Notes: a model not told the origin generated them from the sequence alone. Positions 50,265-62,295 are shown, numbered from the stretch's first letter. The stretch is DNA of 64,000 nucleotides from Scyliorhinus canicula (GCF_902713615.1 NC_052147.1:166574410-166638409); one strand, 5' to 3'. Translations and numbers: made by a program.

Positions 50265-50702
50265 ATTGTTCCTGACAAATATGGCTTTGTTTTTCAGACA
50301 AAAGTGTCAGCAGAATAAATATACATAACTTAACTGCTTTTTCTCGCAATTTGTGTTTGGATTGAGTGGGAAGAATACCTGGCACAATTGTTTCAAAATA
50401 TCTTCAGGATGATAAAAGGCAAATTTGGGCGAATGTGTGATGACTTCCCATTATACACCCTGCCTAACTTTCCATTGATGCTGAATTGAAGTTGAGAATG
50501 GCATGCTAATTATCTCTACGATGATGACGATTAGATAATCCAATTTCATGATCACGCAAAACTAATCTCTATGCCACTTCTCTAGGAGCAGGCAGAAGTT
50601 CAGTTCCTTATGATTACTGAGTCTAAAATATGGAAGTCAGAAGAAACATCGGTTAAATAAATAACAGTCGATGGCTGTGCCCTTCTGGATTTGTGTTTAA
50701 TC

Positions 50703-50880
50703 TGGGGCTGGTTTAGCACAGGGCTAAAGAGCTGGCTTTTAAAGCAGACCAAGGCAGGCCAGCAGCACGGTTCAATTCCCGTACTGGCATCCCCAAACAG
50801 GTGCTGGAATGTGGTGACTAGGGGCTTTCACAGTAACTTCATTTGAAGCCTACTTGTGACAATAAGCGATTTTCATTTTT
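50703..50880 (+). mobile_element. tRNA-derived SINE
   Basis: GGGGCTGGTTTAGCACAGGGCTA head, GGTTCAATTCC, tail CACAGTAACTTCATTTGAAGCCTACTTGTGACAATAAG; absent from the paralogous G2 flank. Confidence 0.75.
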
Positions 50881-51636
50881 CATAATCACAATGTTAATGG
50901 CGATAGCAGTGAGAACTTTGTGCTTTGCATTAACACATGAAAAATTAACTCTCAGTTGCCGTGAATAGTAAAAACCCAGTTCATCTGGGTTCATACACAT
51001 CTGACTCTTTTTTTCCACCAACATTCTCACCAGAACGTCCCAGTCCCAGAGCTTTTCTGGTTTTGACAATTTTGTTACAACTCATTTCTATAAATCTTTT
51101 CCATGAAACACAGTTCAGCCCTGATACACCCTCAACTCGATAGAGGGAATATTTATTTTAAATGAATAAAGCAAAGGAATGGAGCAAAAAAAATTTCTTC
51201 ACAACAGGCATTGACCTAATTCCACCATTCGTGCAAAATACATCAGCTGTGACTCCTGCCCTGAACTGTGATTCAAATACATTATTTTCTGAAATATTTA
51301 TTTCCTTTTTCTCACCGTCCACTGACACCGTCTGAGCTATATATTTCACTTTAAAGGTTTCAGACAGACCCCGATTTAAACAAAGCAGCTTGCTAAATAT
51401 CTCCAATAAAGTGACTGACATCAAACTACCTGAACCACAACAAATTATTTTTAAATCTGACAGCCAAACTCCTTCTTGATAATTGCAGAAGATGTTTCTA
51501 TTTCTTAGAGGACTATTTGTGACCAGCAAGCTCCCACAAACTGTAAAGTGATAACGTCACGATAATCTGTTTTTTGTTCCATAAGATGGGTAATAAATAT
51601 TGGCCAGGGGACAGGGCTTAATCCTACTGTTCGTGA

Positions 51637-53335
51637 TGTGGAAGACATGAGTAATATCCCAAAAATTATAGAGGGTCAGGGGGCTGAGTTGAGTATGGTT
51701 GCCATTACAAAAGAGATGGTGCTAAAAAAGCTAAAAGGTCTTAAAATTGCCAAATCTCCTGGCCCCGATGGGCTACACCCTAGAGTTCTGAGAGAGGTGG
51801 CTGAAGAAATAGCGGAAGCGTTGGTTGAGATCTTTCAAAAATCACTGGAGTCAGGAAAAGTCCCGGACGATTGGAAGATCGCTGTTGTAACCCTCTTGTT
51901 CAAGAAAGGATCAAGACAAAAGATGGAAAATTATAGGCCAATTAGCCTAACGTCGGTTGTTGGTAAAATTCTAGAATCGATCGTTATGGATGAGATTTCT
52001 AAATTCTTGGAAGAGCAGGGTCGGATTAGAACAAGTCAACATGGATTTAGTAAGGGGAGGTCGTGCCTGACGAACCTGTTAGAATTCTTTGAGGAGGTGA
52101 CAAGTAGGTTAGACCAGGGAAACCCAGTGGATGTGGTCTATCTGGATTTCCAAAAGGCCTTTGATAAGGTGCCACACAGGAGGCTGCTGAGTAAGGTGAG
52201 GGCCCATGGTGTTCGAGGTGAGCTACTGGCATGGGTTGAGGATTGGCTGTCTGACAGAAGGCAGAGAGTTGGGATAAAAGGTTCTTTTTCGGAATGGCAG
52301 CCGGTGACCAGCGGTGTCCCACAGGGTTCAGTGTTGGGGCCGCAGCTGTTCACCATATATATTAATGATCTGGATGAAGGGACTGGGGGCATTCTAGCAA
52401 AGTTTGCCGATGATACGAAGTTAGGTGGTCAGGCAGGTAGTGCTGAGGAAGTGGGTAGGCTGCAGAAGGATCTAGACAGTTTGGGAGAGTGGTGCAGGAA
52501 ATGGCTGATGCAGTTCAACGTGAGAAAATGTGAGGTCTTGCACTTTGGAAAAAAGAATCCAAGCATAGACTACTTTCTAAACGGTGAGAAAATTCATAAT
52601 GCCAAAGTACAAAGGGATCTGGGAGTGCTAGTCGAGGATTCCCTAAAGGTAAACATGCAAGTTGAATCTGTGATTAAGAAAGCGAATGCAATGTTGTCAT
52701 TTATCTCAAGAGGGTTGGAATATAAAAGCAGCGATGTGCTGCTGAGCCTTTATAAGGCTCTGGTTAGGCCCCATTTGGAGTACTGTGTCCAGTTTTGGGC
52801 CCCACATCTCAGGAAGGACATACTGGCACTGGAGCGTGTCCAGCGGAGATTCACACGGATGATCCCTGGAATGGCGGGTCTAACATATGATGAACGGCTG
52901 AGGATCCTGGGATTGTATTCATTGGAGTTTAGAAGGTTAAGGGGAGATCTAATAGAAACTTACAAGATAATACATGGCTTAGAAAGGGTGGACGCAAAGA
53001 AACTGTTTCCGTTAGGCGAGGAGACGAGGACCCGTGGGCACAGCCTTAGAATTAGAGGGGGTAAATTCAGAACAGAAATGCGGAGACATTTCTTCAGCCA
53101 GAGAGTGGTGGGCCTATGGAATTCATTGCCGCGGAGTGCAGTGGAGGCTGGGACGCTAAATGGCTTCAAGGCAGAGATAGATAAATTCTTGACGTCGCGA
53201 GGAATTAAGGGCTACGGGGAGAATGCTGGTAGGTGGAGTTGAAATGCCCATCAGCCATGATTGAATGGCGGAGTGGACTCGATGGGCCGAATGGCCTTAC
53301 TTCCACTCTTATGTCTTATGTCTTATGGTCTTATG
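51637..53335 (+). mobile_element. 5'-truncated young CR1 (RT ORF 51638-53242 open)
   Basis: KSPGPDG, GVPQGSVLGP, AKFADD; (TCTTATG)n tail. Confidence 0.92.
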
Positions 53336-53776
53336 CTCTGGTCTTTGACATCCACCGCAAATGACAGACAGGACCTCGGTTTACAGTCGCATCTGAAAAA
53401 TGACAGGCGTGATTGAGCAGCCTCATCGTGCCCGACTTGCTGTTGGGTCGAGGCTATTGAATATCACAAAAGTCCTGCAGTTCGATTCACTCTGCAAAAT
53501 CCGGTAGAATCTCGCGAGACGTTTTGAGCTGGACCAGATCCAGGCACACATATTTAAATGAGTCAGGTGCCATTGCTGGAGTGCTGAGGGGGGTCAAAAG
53601 ATTGTTCTGCCTTTAAAAACGGTGCCCCAATTCGCAAGTAGTCTTCCTGCACTGAAGAGTGGCCTCTACAGGGACTTCCTCATTGAGGCCAAAAAAACTG
53701 ACCGAGTGCCATTGAATAGTGGGGTCTTTACCGGCACTGCAGGCACCTCCAAAATGCAGCACTCCTTCAGTACTGC

Positions 53777-54545
53777 TGTAGCCATCTAAGATGGTCACCT
53801 GCAAAGGACCATGGGAATTATTGCCAACCCAGGACTCAGACAGATACAGAGCCTATGTGTATCTGAAACACAGGTAACCAGACCTGATCGAAACCCCGCT
53901 CGTTTGCATTTGAATGGGCCATTGTCTCAGGACAATAGAACTCCAATCAAGCAACCGGTACAGCCACAGACTGATCGGCGCCGTTCTCCTTACTCAGAAA
54001 GCCCAACTGCCAAGGTCAATGACCGCTAAGGACCCGCCCAGCCACCAAGGCACCCACCCCTTTATTGGCCGACATCAAAGTGAGTGATCAGAGCCCTGTT
54101 GAACTATTGGGTCCAAGGTTAAGGACTGCCCCAAGGAGCATGGAATCCCAGAGGGATAAAAGAGAGCACAGCCATGTGTTCTGTCACCTTTGGATCTGGC
54201 CTGTGCCAACCCAATCGTAGCAGGAACAGCCAGCCAAGTTCAAGACCAATGATCGCTACCTGATGGATGAGCCAAGCAGAGACAGAGCCACTTTCTTCGA
54301 ACCAGCCAAGTGAAATCCAGATAAAGGCCTTATCCATTTGCTCAGTGCCGGTCGCCCTGAAGTTAAGTATAGGTTATTGTAGCTGATAGGTGTAGTTTAA
54401 CTCGTATTAGATATTGTGTTTGCATGTTGACATAACTCTTGTGTATGTAAATAAACCATCTTTTGAACCAACTAACTGGTTGTGTGGTCATTTGATTGAT
54501 ATAAGGGAAGGCTTGTGGTTCACCAACATTATTAATTGAGCAACA
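53777..54545 (+). mobile_element. Solo LTR (769 bp), 4-bp TSD CTGC
   Basis: TGTAGCCA...GCAACA termini (same as LTRs at 10170 and 40953); CTGC at 53773-53776 and 54546-54549; AATAAA ~54450. Confidence 0.85.
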
Positions 54546-54605
54546 CTGCTCTGGATATCAGCCTGGATTGTTGCGTCTGAGTCTTAGATTGGGACTTAAA
54601 CTCAT

Positions 54606-54841
54606 TTTTTGTTTCTTTTTTAAAAAAAATTTAGATTACCCAATTATTTTTTCCAATTAAGGGGCAATTTAGCGTAGCCAATCCACCTACTCTGCACATT
54701 TTTGGGTTGTGAGGGCGAAACCCACGCAGACACGGGGAGAATGTGTAAACTCCACACAGACAGTGACCCAGAGCCGGGATCGAACCTGGGACCTCAGCGC
54801 CGTGAGGCGGTTGTGCTAACCACTAGGCCACCGTGCTGCCC
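54606..54841 (-). mobile_element. Short poly(A)-tailed HE1-like SINE, perfect 16-bp TSD
   Basis: TGGGACTTAAACTCAT at 54590-54605 and 54842-54857. Confidence 0.9.
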
Positions 54842-55915
54842 TGGGACTTAAACTCATGCTCTCCGGCCCAGAGATGACACTGTAATGCCTGAGCCAGCAC
54901 TCTATATTTGAATTCCCTTGTTAAAGGTTTGATTAAATCTGCTTCCAGCACTATTTCAGGTAGTGTGTTCCAGATCATGACATTCTTCTGCCTGAGAAAC
55001 AATTCTGCTGGTCTCCCCCTGAATTCTTTTATTTTAAATCTGTGTCCGATGATTACCCAACCTCTCTGCCTGAAACCAATTCATCCTTATTCACTCAACC
55101 CAAAGGCTTCATGGTTTTCAGTTTCTTTATTAAAATCTCCCCTGAATCTTTCCTGCTCTAAGAAGAGCCAATCCAAGCTTTCTAATGTCTCAGTGTAATT
55201 AAGATCCCGCATCACAGATACCATTCCAGTTAAACCCTTTGTCATTGCTTCAAATACTTGAAATCCCTTCTAAAGTAAATTAAGAATGATTATATCTTGG
55301 CTTGAACATAGACAGATTATGATCAAGGGGTGCAAGATGTTGTCATGTCCAGGCTCACTGACGGAAACATTATTAATGTGACAATGCCCAAAAGTTCCAG
55401 TCTCTATAGATCTTCAGAAGAGGACATGTGATGGAAGCTAAGCGTTAGGACCCTGAAATTCTGATATGTGGTCACACGTGGGAATTGCCTGGGGAATTCA
55501 CAGTGCTGATGGGCAATTCTCTGCTGCCCAGGAATTTCTCCAATTATGAGCTAGCATTGGAAGCTTGCACAGAACCTTGCAACTTCCCTTAATAGATACC
55601 CAAGAAATGTTAAACAGCCCATCCTGATCCTACTTCCCAACTCAATTAGGCCCCCCCCAGACTCAACTATACTAGACCACCTGTTTACCCCACAACTACC
55701 CAACTGTGCCCACAACCATACCCGCCTACCCACAGATAACGTGTTTACACCCTGACCAAAGGCAGTGCAAATAGTGTGACAGGCCGAGCTTAGGAAGCAA
55801 AACAAACCACTTGCTCGTGGCAATAGTGTCATCCTTTGGAGTAAAATGAGTGAGGTCATCAAATATAAATAAGAGAAAGTGCAATGAAGCAAAAGCCGTG
55901 AAGCCGAAAAATAGT

Positions 55916-56457
55916 GGGCGCGATTCTCCCAAAACGGGAGAAATCGTAAAGCTGCAGTTTGGAAGATTCTAACCCGCGCGTGCGCGGGTGACGTCATCGC
56001 GTTTTGCGCGAAACCCGCGCATGCGCGGGCCGGGTTGCCCCTCAGCCGCCCCGCGAATGGATACTGCGGGGCGGCGGAAGGACAAGTAGTGCACGGGCAT
56101 CGGGCCCGCTGCCCGCGATCGGTGCCCACCGATCGCGGGCCCATGGCACCCTTGGCACGGCCGTGCCAATCGGTGCCATGGTTATTAATAGCGAGTTTGT
56201 GACGCCGTTTTTACGAACGGCAAGACCAGGTGTGTTTGCCGTTCGTAAAAACGGCGGAAAGGGCTGGGACTTCGGCCCATCTAACAGCTGAGAATCGCTG
56301 CCGGCCGTAAAAAAACGGCGGCAGCGATTCGGGTCGGGACTTCGGCGGGGGGGGGGGGGGGGGGGGGGGGGGGGGAGAATAGCGGGAGGGCGGCAAAAAT
56401 GTCGGGAAGGCCCTCCCGCTATTCTCCCACCCGTCGTGGGGGCGGAGAATTTCGCCC
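55916..56457. mobile_element. Young CpG-rich Harbinger-type MITE, 3-bp TSD AGT
   Basis: TIRs GGGCGCGATTCTCC / GGAGAATTTCGCCC; AGT at 55913-55915 and 56458-56460. Confidence 0.8.
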
Positions 56458-58070
56458 AGTGTACCAACAGCCATCTTTCTTTTTTCTTTCATGGAATGTG
56501 GGCATTACAGGCATCATTTATTGTCCACCCAAATTGCTTTTGAAGTGAATGGCTTGTTTGACCATTTCAGAGGGCATTTAAAAGACAACCATATTGTTGT
56601 GGGTCTGGAGCCATATGTAGGTAAGGATGGCAGATTTGCTGCCGTAAAGGACATTAGCGAACCAGATGAGATTTCACAGCAATTAACAATGGTTTCATGG
56701 TTATTATCAGACCCTTATTTCCGGATTTCCTTTTGAGATGATCTTGGTGTGACAGGAATACCTGATCCAAGTGGAAAGCATGCCCAGCAGGAAGAGCAGA
56801 GTGCCGCCAGGGTGCTTTAAAAATGTCTGCGAATCTAAATTACATGTAGCTCACAGACAGAAAGAGAAAATAACAAGGCCAAATCAAATCCATGAAGTGG
56901 AAAAGCCACAGATAAAACAAATAATCTTCAGAGGAGAAGTTAAATAGTTGAAAATAATTATCGGAGCATTAAATTGAAAGTTGATGGTCATCCCACAGAA
57001 TTCAAACCAACTACATCTTGGTGCTGGTGATCCGGTATTACCTGATAGAGTAAATTGGCTTAAAATGATCATGTTACTGCCATTCTGCATCCAGTTGCAA
57101 GGCTGGGGAGGGGCTACACTAAATGCAACAGGCAAGATTAAGAGATAAGGGGTGCGATCTACTGTCCACGTTGCGCCCGAACAGGATCGCGACGCAGCCG
57201 GTAGATGCTTCCAGGAGAGACCTCTCCAGGCTTCCCGACAGTTGTTGCGCATTGCGAGATCTAACCAGATCTCATGAGATGTCGCAATCTGGATCCCACC
57301 TATGACGGATGAGTCCAATCTTACAGGGTGAAGTTGGCTTATAAGATGACTTTCCACTCCATTCACAGGATCGAGCAGCCACCCAGAATCTACTGGCCTC
57401 ACCGAGGAGACCCAGCCGGGCGCCGTTCAGCACTGGTCCCCACAAACGGGGACCAGGTGGAATTGTACCTGGGGGCTCCCAGACAATCGGAGACTCCCCG
57501 GTGTTTTATTTTGGTTAGATCGCGTCCAAGGATAAAGCAATTATGGAACCCCTGTATATTACACAGAACTGAGATTCATCATTATTGAACAGAAAAACAT
57601 GCTTAAGTTGTAGATAATTGATGAAATTGTTGAAGCGCTGCCCAGTAATGTATGGGAAATGAATTCCCACCCCTATTTTAAGGCTCAAGAAAGCTGAAGA
57701 TAGAATATCACATACCAGTAAGGATAGATGCCTATATGTCTCTTCATCGTGAGGATAATCCCCACCCACTCTTGGACAGAGTCAAGGGCGAATTGTTATA
57801 TCTCTCCAGAAACCATACTGAAAAAGGGTGCTCTGGAATGGTCACAGTACCAAAGGCTAATGACTCAATAAGAATTTGTGTGGAGATAGCCAATTAAATT
57901 ACAGTGGAGCACAAGATCCACCCAATGGCATCAGTGGGTGAAGGTCTCGCCAACTTAGCTAAAAATCACCTTTTTCACAAAATTGGATACGGACAGTGTT
58001 AATTGCCTCTGGACAAATAATCAACGTAGCTAACAACTCTTGCCCCCCCCCAATTGGTTGTTATTGTTTT

Positions 58071-58295
58071 TTAAAATAAATTTACAGTACACAATTATTA
58101 TTTTTTTCCAATTAAGGTGCAATTTAACATGGCCAATCCACCTAACCTGCATATTTTTGGGTTGTGGGGGCGAAACCCACGCAGACATGGGGAGAATGTG
58201 CAAACTCCACATGGACAGTGACCCAGGGCTGGGATTCAAATCCAGGTCCTCAGCGCCGCAGTCCCAGTGCTATCCACTGCGCCACCGTGCTTCCC
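58071..58295 (-). mobile_element. Short poly(A)-tailed HE1-like SINE, 16-bp TSD
   Basis: TGGTTGTTATTGTTTT (58055-58070) / TGGTTGTCATTGTTTT (58296-58311); TT/AAAA site on minus strand. Confidence 0.85.
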
Positions 58296-58364
58296 TGGTT
58301 GTCATTGTTTTAATAAGTTACCATTCGGAAATGCTTCTGCTTCCGTAATATTTCAAAGAACGAT

Positions 58365-58546
58365 GGGGTGAATTCCTTGTCTCCCCAGCCATGTGTTCCT
58401 CGGTGGCGTGCTGTCACCAGCAGCGGAACTCTCCATTCCTGCAGTCAGTCAACGAGATTTCCCATTGTGACCACACTGTGTCGCCGGGAAACCTGTAGGG
58501 AAGCTGCTGGCAGAATGGAGAAACCTGTCAGTGGAGAAATCACCCC
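58365..58546. mobile_element. Harbinger-type MITE, TSD GAT
   Basis: GGGGTGAATTCC / GGAGAAATCACCCC; removal restores Gypsy FQRTMS. Confidence 0.75.
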
Positions 58547-58619
58547 GATGTCTTAGACGCTGAAAGGCATAGAAGAAGTAATATGCCATTTGGACGCTTA
58601 TCCTGTACATGGTCAATCA

Positions 58620-59180
58620 AATGTCGAGTCATACAGCACAGAAAAGGCCCTCTGTTTGTCGCATCTGCACCTGTCAGAAACAACCATCTATCTAACCCCA
58701 TTTTCCAGCACTTGGCCCATAGCCTTATATGCCTTGGGATCGACAATGCACATCTAAATACTTAAATGTCATGAGGGTCTTTGTCTCTGCCATCCTTTCA
58801 GGCAGTAAGTTCCGAACCTCCTGCCCCTGCCCTTAAATCAATGTCCCCTGGCCATTGATCCCTCCACCAAGGGAAAAAGCTTATTCTTGTCTACTCTATC
58901 TGTGCCCTTCATAATTTTATACATCTCCATCATATAGCCTGTAGGTCTCTTCTGCTCCAAGGAAAATAACCCAAGTCGAGCCAACATTTTTTCATAACTA
59001 AAACTCTCCAGCCCAGGCAACTACCTGGTAAATCTCCTCTGCACCCTTTCCAGTGCGATCACATCCCTCCTATAATTTGCATTCCAGAACTGCACACAAT
59101 ACACTAGCTGTGGCCTAACCAATGTTTTATGCAGTTCCAGCATAAACTCTCTGCGCTTGAACTCTATGCCTGTGAGGGCA
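58620..59180 (-). mobile_element. Old CR1 3' fragment
   Basis: GIEFKRREFMLELHKTLVRPQLVYCVQFW; LGLFSLEQKR. Confidence 0.75.
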
Positions 59181-60184
59181 AACTTTAAGGTTCCACAAGA
59201 AACAGATTTGACATTGAATGACAAACATGAATTTATGACGGGCATGATAACATTCTTCAGGCATTGTGCAGGATTTGGGAAGTTGTGCTAACCCGCAGAA
59301 AAGCTAGGTGATTAGAGTATTTGCAGTCTAGAAACCAGCATAAAATTACAAAGACTCCTTGGATAGTCAATCAAATCTTGGGTTGCTCTTTTTCACCTAA
59401 AGAAAATTGCAAAAAATAACACCGACTATTCTCATGAGATATGATTCAGTTGTCGAATATGTTGAAGGGAAGTGCGAGACAACATTAGATGCACTGTCGA
59501 GATTACCAGTGGAAGGAGTCAAAGTGGAAGATATACATTTATTAAGGAAGTGGAAGTATATACTTTCCTCATTGCCAAACACTTGCCAGCTGCTGAGTTT
59601 ACAAGATATTAAGTAAGCACAACAACAGAATTACAAAAGCATCTAAATAAAAGGGTATTGACAGAACAGATGCCTGGATTATATTCCAAATAACCCAGAA
59701 TTTTGCCAATTCTCAGGATGTAGAAAAAAACATCTCACAATCATGGATAATTCCTTTGTTTTTAACCTCTAAAACACTTTGATTTGACAGCCTGCAGACA
59801 ATCCACCAAAATCACTTGGCAATAGTGAAATGCTGAGTAAGACCCAATAATAATTTGAGTGGCCAGCCATCAGTCACCCCATTCTCAAATTGCCATACAT
59901 GTGCAATGAATAGTTAACAGTAGAGCGAACAACTGGCACCCTCCACTTTTTCTTCGAGGACATAGCAGTTCTTGGGAATGGATTTATTGAGTTTCAAAGG
60001 CAAAGTTTTCACCATTTCTGTTAATTATTATTCTAGATGGTTTGAAGTGAGTAGACGAAACATCATCTTGATGGAGGCAGTCACTAAGAAGAAACTTTGC
60101 ACACATGTCATGCTAGATGTTGTGGTCAGACAATGGTCCTGACTTCGCTAATGATTTGTTCCACAACTTTGCACAGGAATATGT

Positions 60185-61250
60185 GGCTGGATTCTCCGTT
60201 TCAGCGGCTAAGAGTAAGCCTCGATCATAAAACCAGGGACGGGATTCTCCGTTGCCCAACGCCAATATCGTAATCGATGATAGGGCATAGAATCCCTTCA
60301 AATGTTCAAATCGGGGGCGGCACTGGTTTGATGCCGGTTTTCAAGTTTCTGCCCCCCTTGGAAATGACATAATTGCGATGAACGCCGTTGAAACAGCATG
60401 CTCCGTCCCTGATGGGCTGAGTTTCCAGACCGCGCAGTTGACATATGGTCTGAGTGGTTGGGAACCAGGTCAAAATCAGCGCCGAAACCTCAGCGATTCC
60501 GGAATGGTGAGGGTCTAGCAGCAGCAGCTCCCATGCCAAAAATGGCCGGAGATTGACAGGGTCCGTGGCCGTGCATGCACACGGCTGACAACCTGCAGCG
60601 TGTGGTGATCCAACCACTGTATATATGTGTGCTTGCAGTAGGGGGATGTATGACCGTACCTGTATTACAGGTTTCTCCGGTAAGCCCCTGCCGACTAGCT
60701 CCGTCCACAGGGAGCTGTATAAATATTCGTAAGTTTCACTGAGATGCCATTCTACAGCTGCCGCCGGAGGAATAGCATCTCACTGTAATAAAGCCTCTCT
60801 TGTACATCACTCGGGTCTCTGTGTGCAATTGTTAGCGCCACACAACGGTCGGCGTACAACATGCGACCCCACAAGCCACCTCCTGGCCACTCATTGGCCG
60901 CTCTCCACCAGACCCCCCAGCCCTCGTGGAAGCAACTCTTCCCGGCCAGTAGCACGGATCCTGGCCGAGTGTGGTAGCGCTGGACACAGTCCGCAGCTGC
61001 CACACCGGGTTCCTGACTGCTCAGACCACATGTTAACCGAGCGGTCGGGAACTTGGCCCATCAGGGACGGAGCATCACCAGAGGGGCTTCCGATGACGCG
61101 CCAATGCCGTTTCAATGGCGTGTGGTGCATGATGTGATGATGCCATTTCAGACGGGGCGGAGACTTGAAAACCGGCGCCGCCCCCGATTTGAACATCTGA
61201 AGGGAATCACCGATTACAATCTCGGCTTCGGGCAACGGGGAATCCCGCCC
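60185..61250. mobile_element. Long-inverted-repeat (foldback) Harbinger-type element with an internal solo LTR (~60618-60842)
   Basis: ~240-bp imperfect inverted arms 60237-60470 / 61005-61250; internal TG-start segment with TATAAA and AATAAA. Confidence 0.7.
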
Positions 61251-61795
61251 CTGGTTTTATGCACAGGGCGTGTTAGTTAAAAGGGTTTTCAAACAATCAA
61301 GGAATTGATGGAAAAAGAATGAAGATATTAACTTAAATCTTAACAACAGAACCACCCCATTAAAAATGGGTTCTCATGATCAGAACTGGTGAGCTGTTGG
61401 CTGAAAACACAACTTCCAGCTCTACAGCAAATACTAAAACCTAACATTACCTCAAATGATCACGAGAATCAGGAAGTGTGAGGAGCAACAAAGAGACAGT
61501 CAAACTCTGGATTTCAACTTCAGGCACAAAGCACAACACCTTCCGCATGTTCCCCGCTGAGGCTTCTCATAAAACATAGTCAACTGTTTCTTACAAAACA
61601 CGGGCTAAGCATGCTCGCTACGAGACTTTGTTCCCAAATGGTTGAATCGAGCCCCACTAGTCCAAACTATCGCATTCTGGTAGCAGCACTTCCATTGTGT
61701 GCAAGCACCATGTGTGCCCATGTGCTGCATACTGGAATCATCAGCAGATAGAGCTTGTTGCCTAGTAACCACCCTCTGTTTTGACCTGAGTTTTC

Positions 61796-61886
61796 AGAGT
61801 AAGAAGTCTGACAACACCAGGTTAAAGTCGAACATGGTTGTTTCAAACACTAGCTTTCGGAGCACTGCTCCTTCCTCGGGTGAATG
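61796..61886 (-). mobile_element. Penelope-like element terminal fragment with a degenerate hammerhead motif
   Basis: Minus strand CCGAGGA-A-GGAGC-AGT-GCTCC-GAAA-GCTAG followed by ..CTTTAACCTGGTGTTGTCAGACTTCTTAC. Confidence 0.55.
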
Positions 61887-61948
61887 AGTTTTCAGATGCA
61901 GCTGTCACAGCGGACGGCTGAAGGGTGAAGACATCATGACATTTGTTA

Positions 61949-62295
61949 GGACAGTACGGTAGCACAGTGGTTAGCACAGTTGCTTGACAGCTCCAGGGTT
62001 CCAGGTTCCATTCCTCGCTTGCGTCACTGTCTGTGCGGAGTCTGCACGTTCTCCCCGTGTGTGCGTGGGTTTCCTCCGGGTGCTCAGGTTTCCTCTCACA
62101 GTCCAAAGATGTGCAGGCTAGGTGGATTGGCCATGCTAAATTGCTCTTAGTGTCCGATAAGGTGAGGTAGGGTTACTGGGTTACTGGGTTACGGGGATAG
62201 GGTGGAGGTGTGGACTTAAGTGGGGTGCTCTTTCCAAGAGCTGGTGCAGACTCGATGGGCCAAATGGTCTCCTTCTGCACTGTAAGTTCTATGAC
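61949..62295 (+). mobile_element. Full HE1-like SINE with CR1-type tail
   Basis: Head, core and GATGGGCCAAATGG.CTCCTTCTGCACTGTAAGTTCTATG tail. Confidence 0.85.

Larger units (their letters stand above)
57560..61480 (+). mobile_element. Heavily decayed Gypsy pol (RT-RNaseH-integrase) with nested SINE, MITEs, CR1 and LTR
   Basis: VTVPKANDSIRICV, LPFGNASASVIFQRTM, LMRYDSVVEYVEGK..DALSRLP, SDNGPDF..FAQEY|GFMH, RTTPL. Confidence 0.75.
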
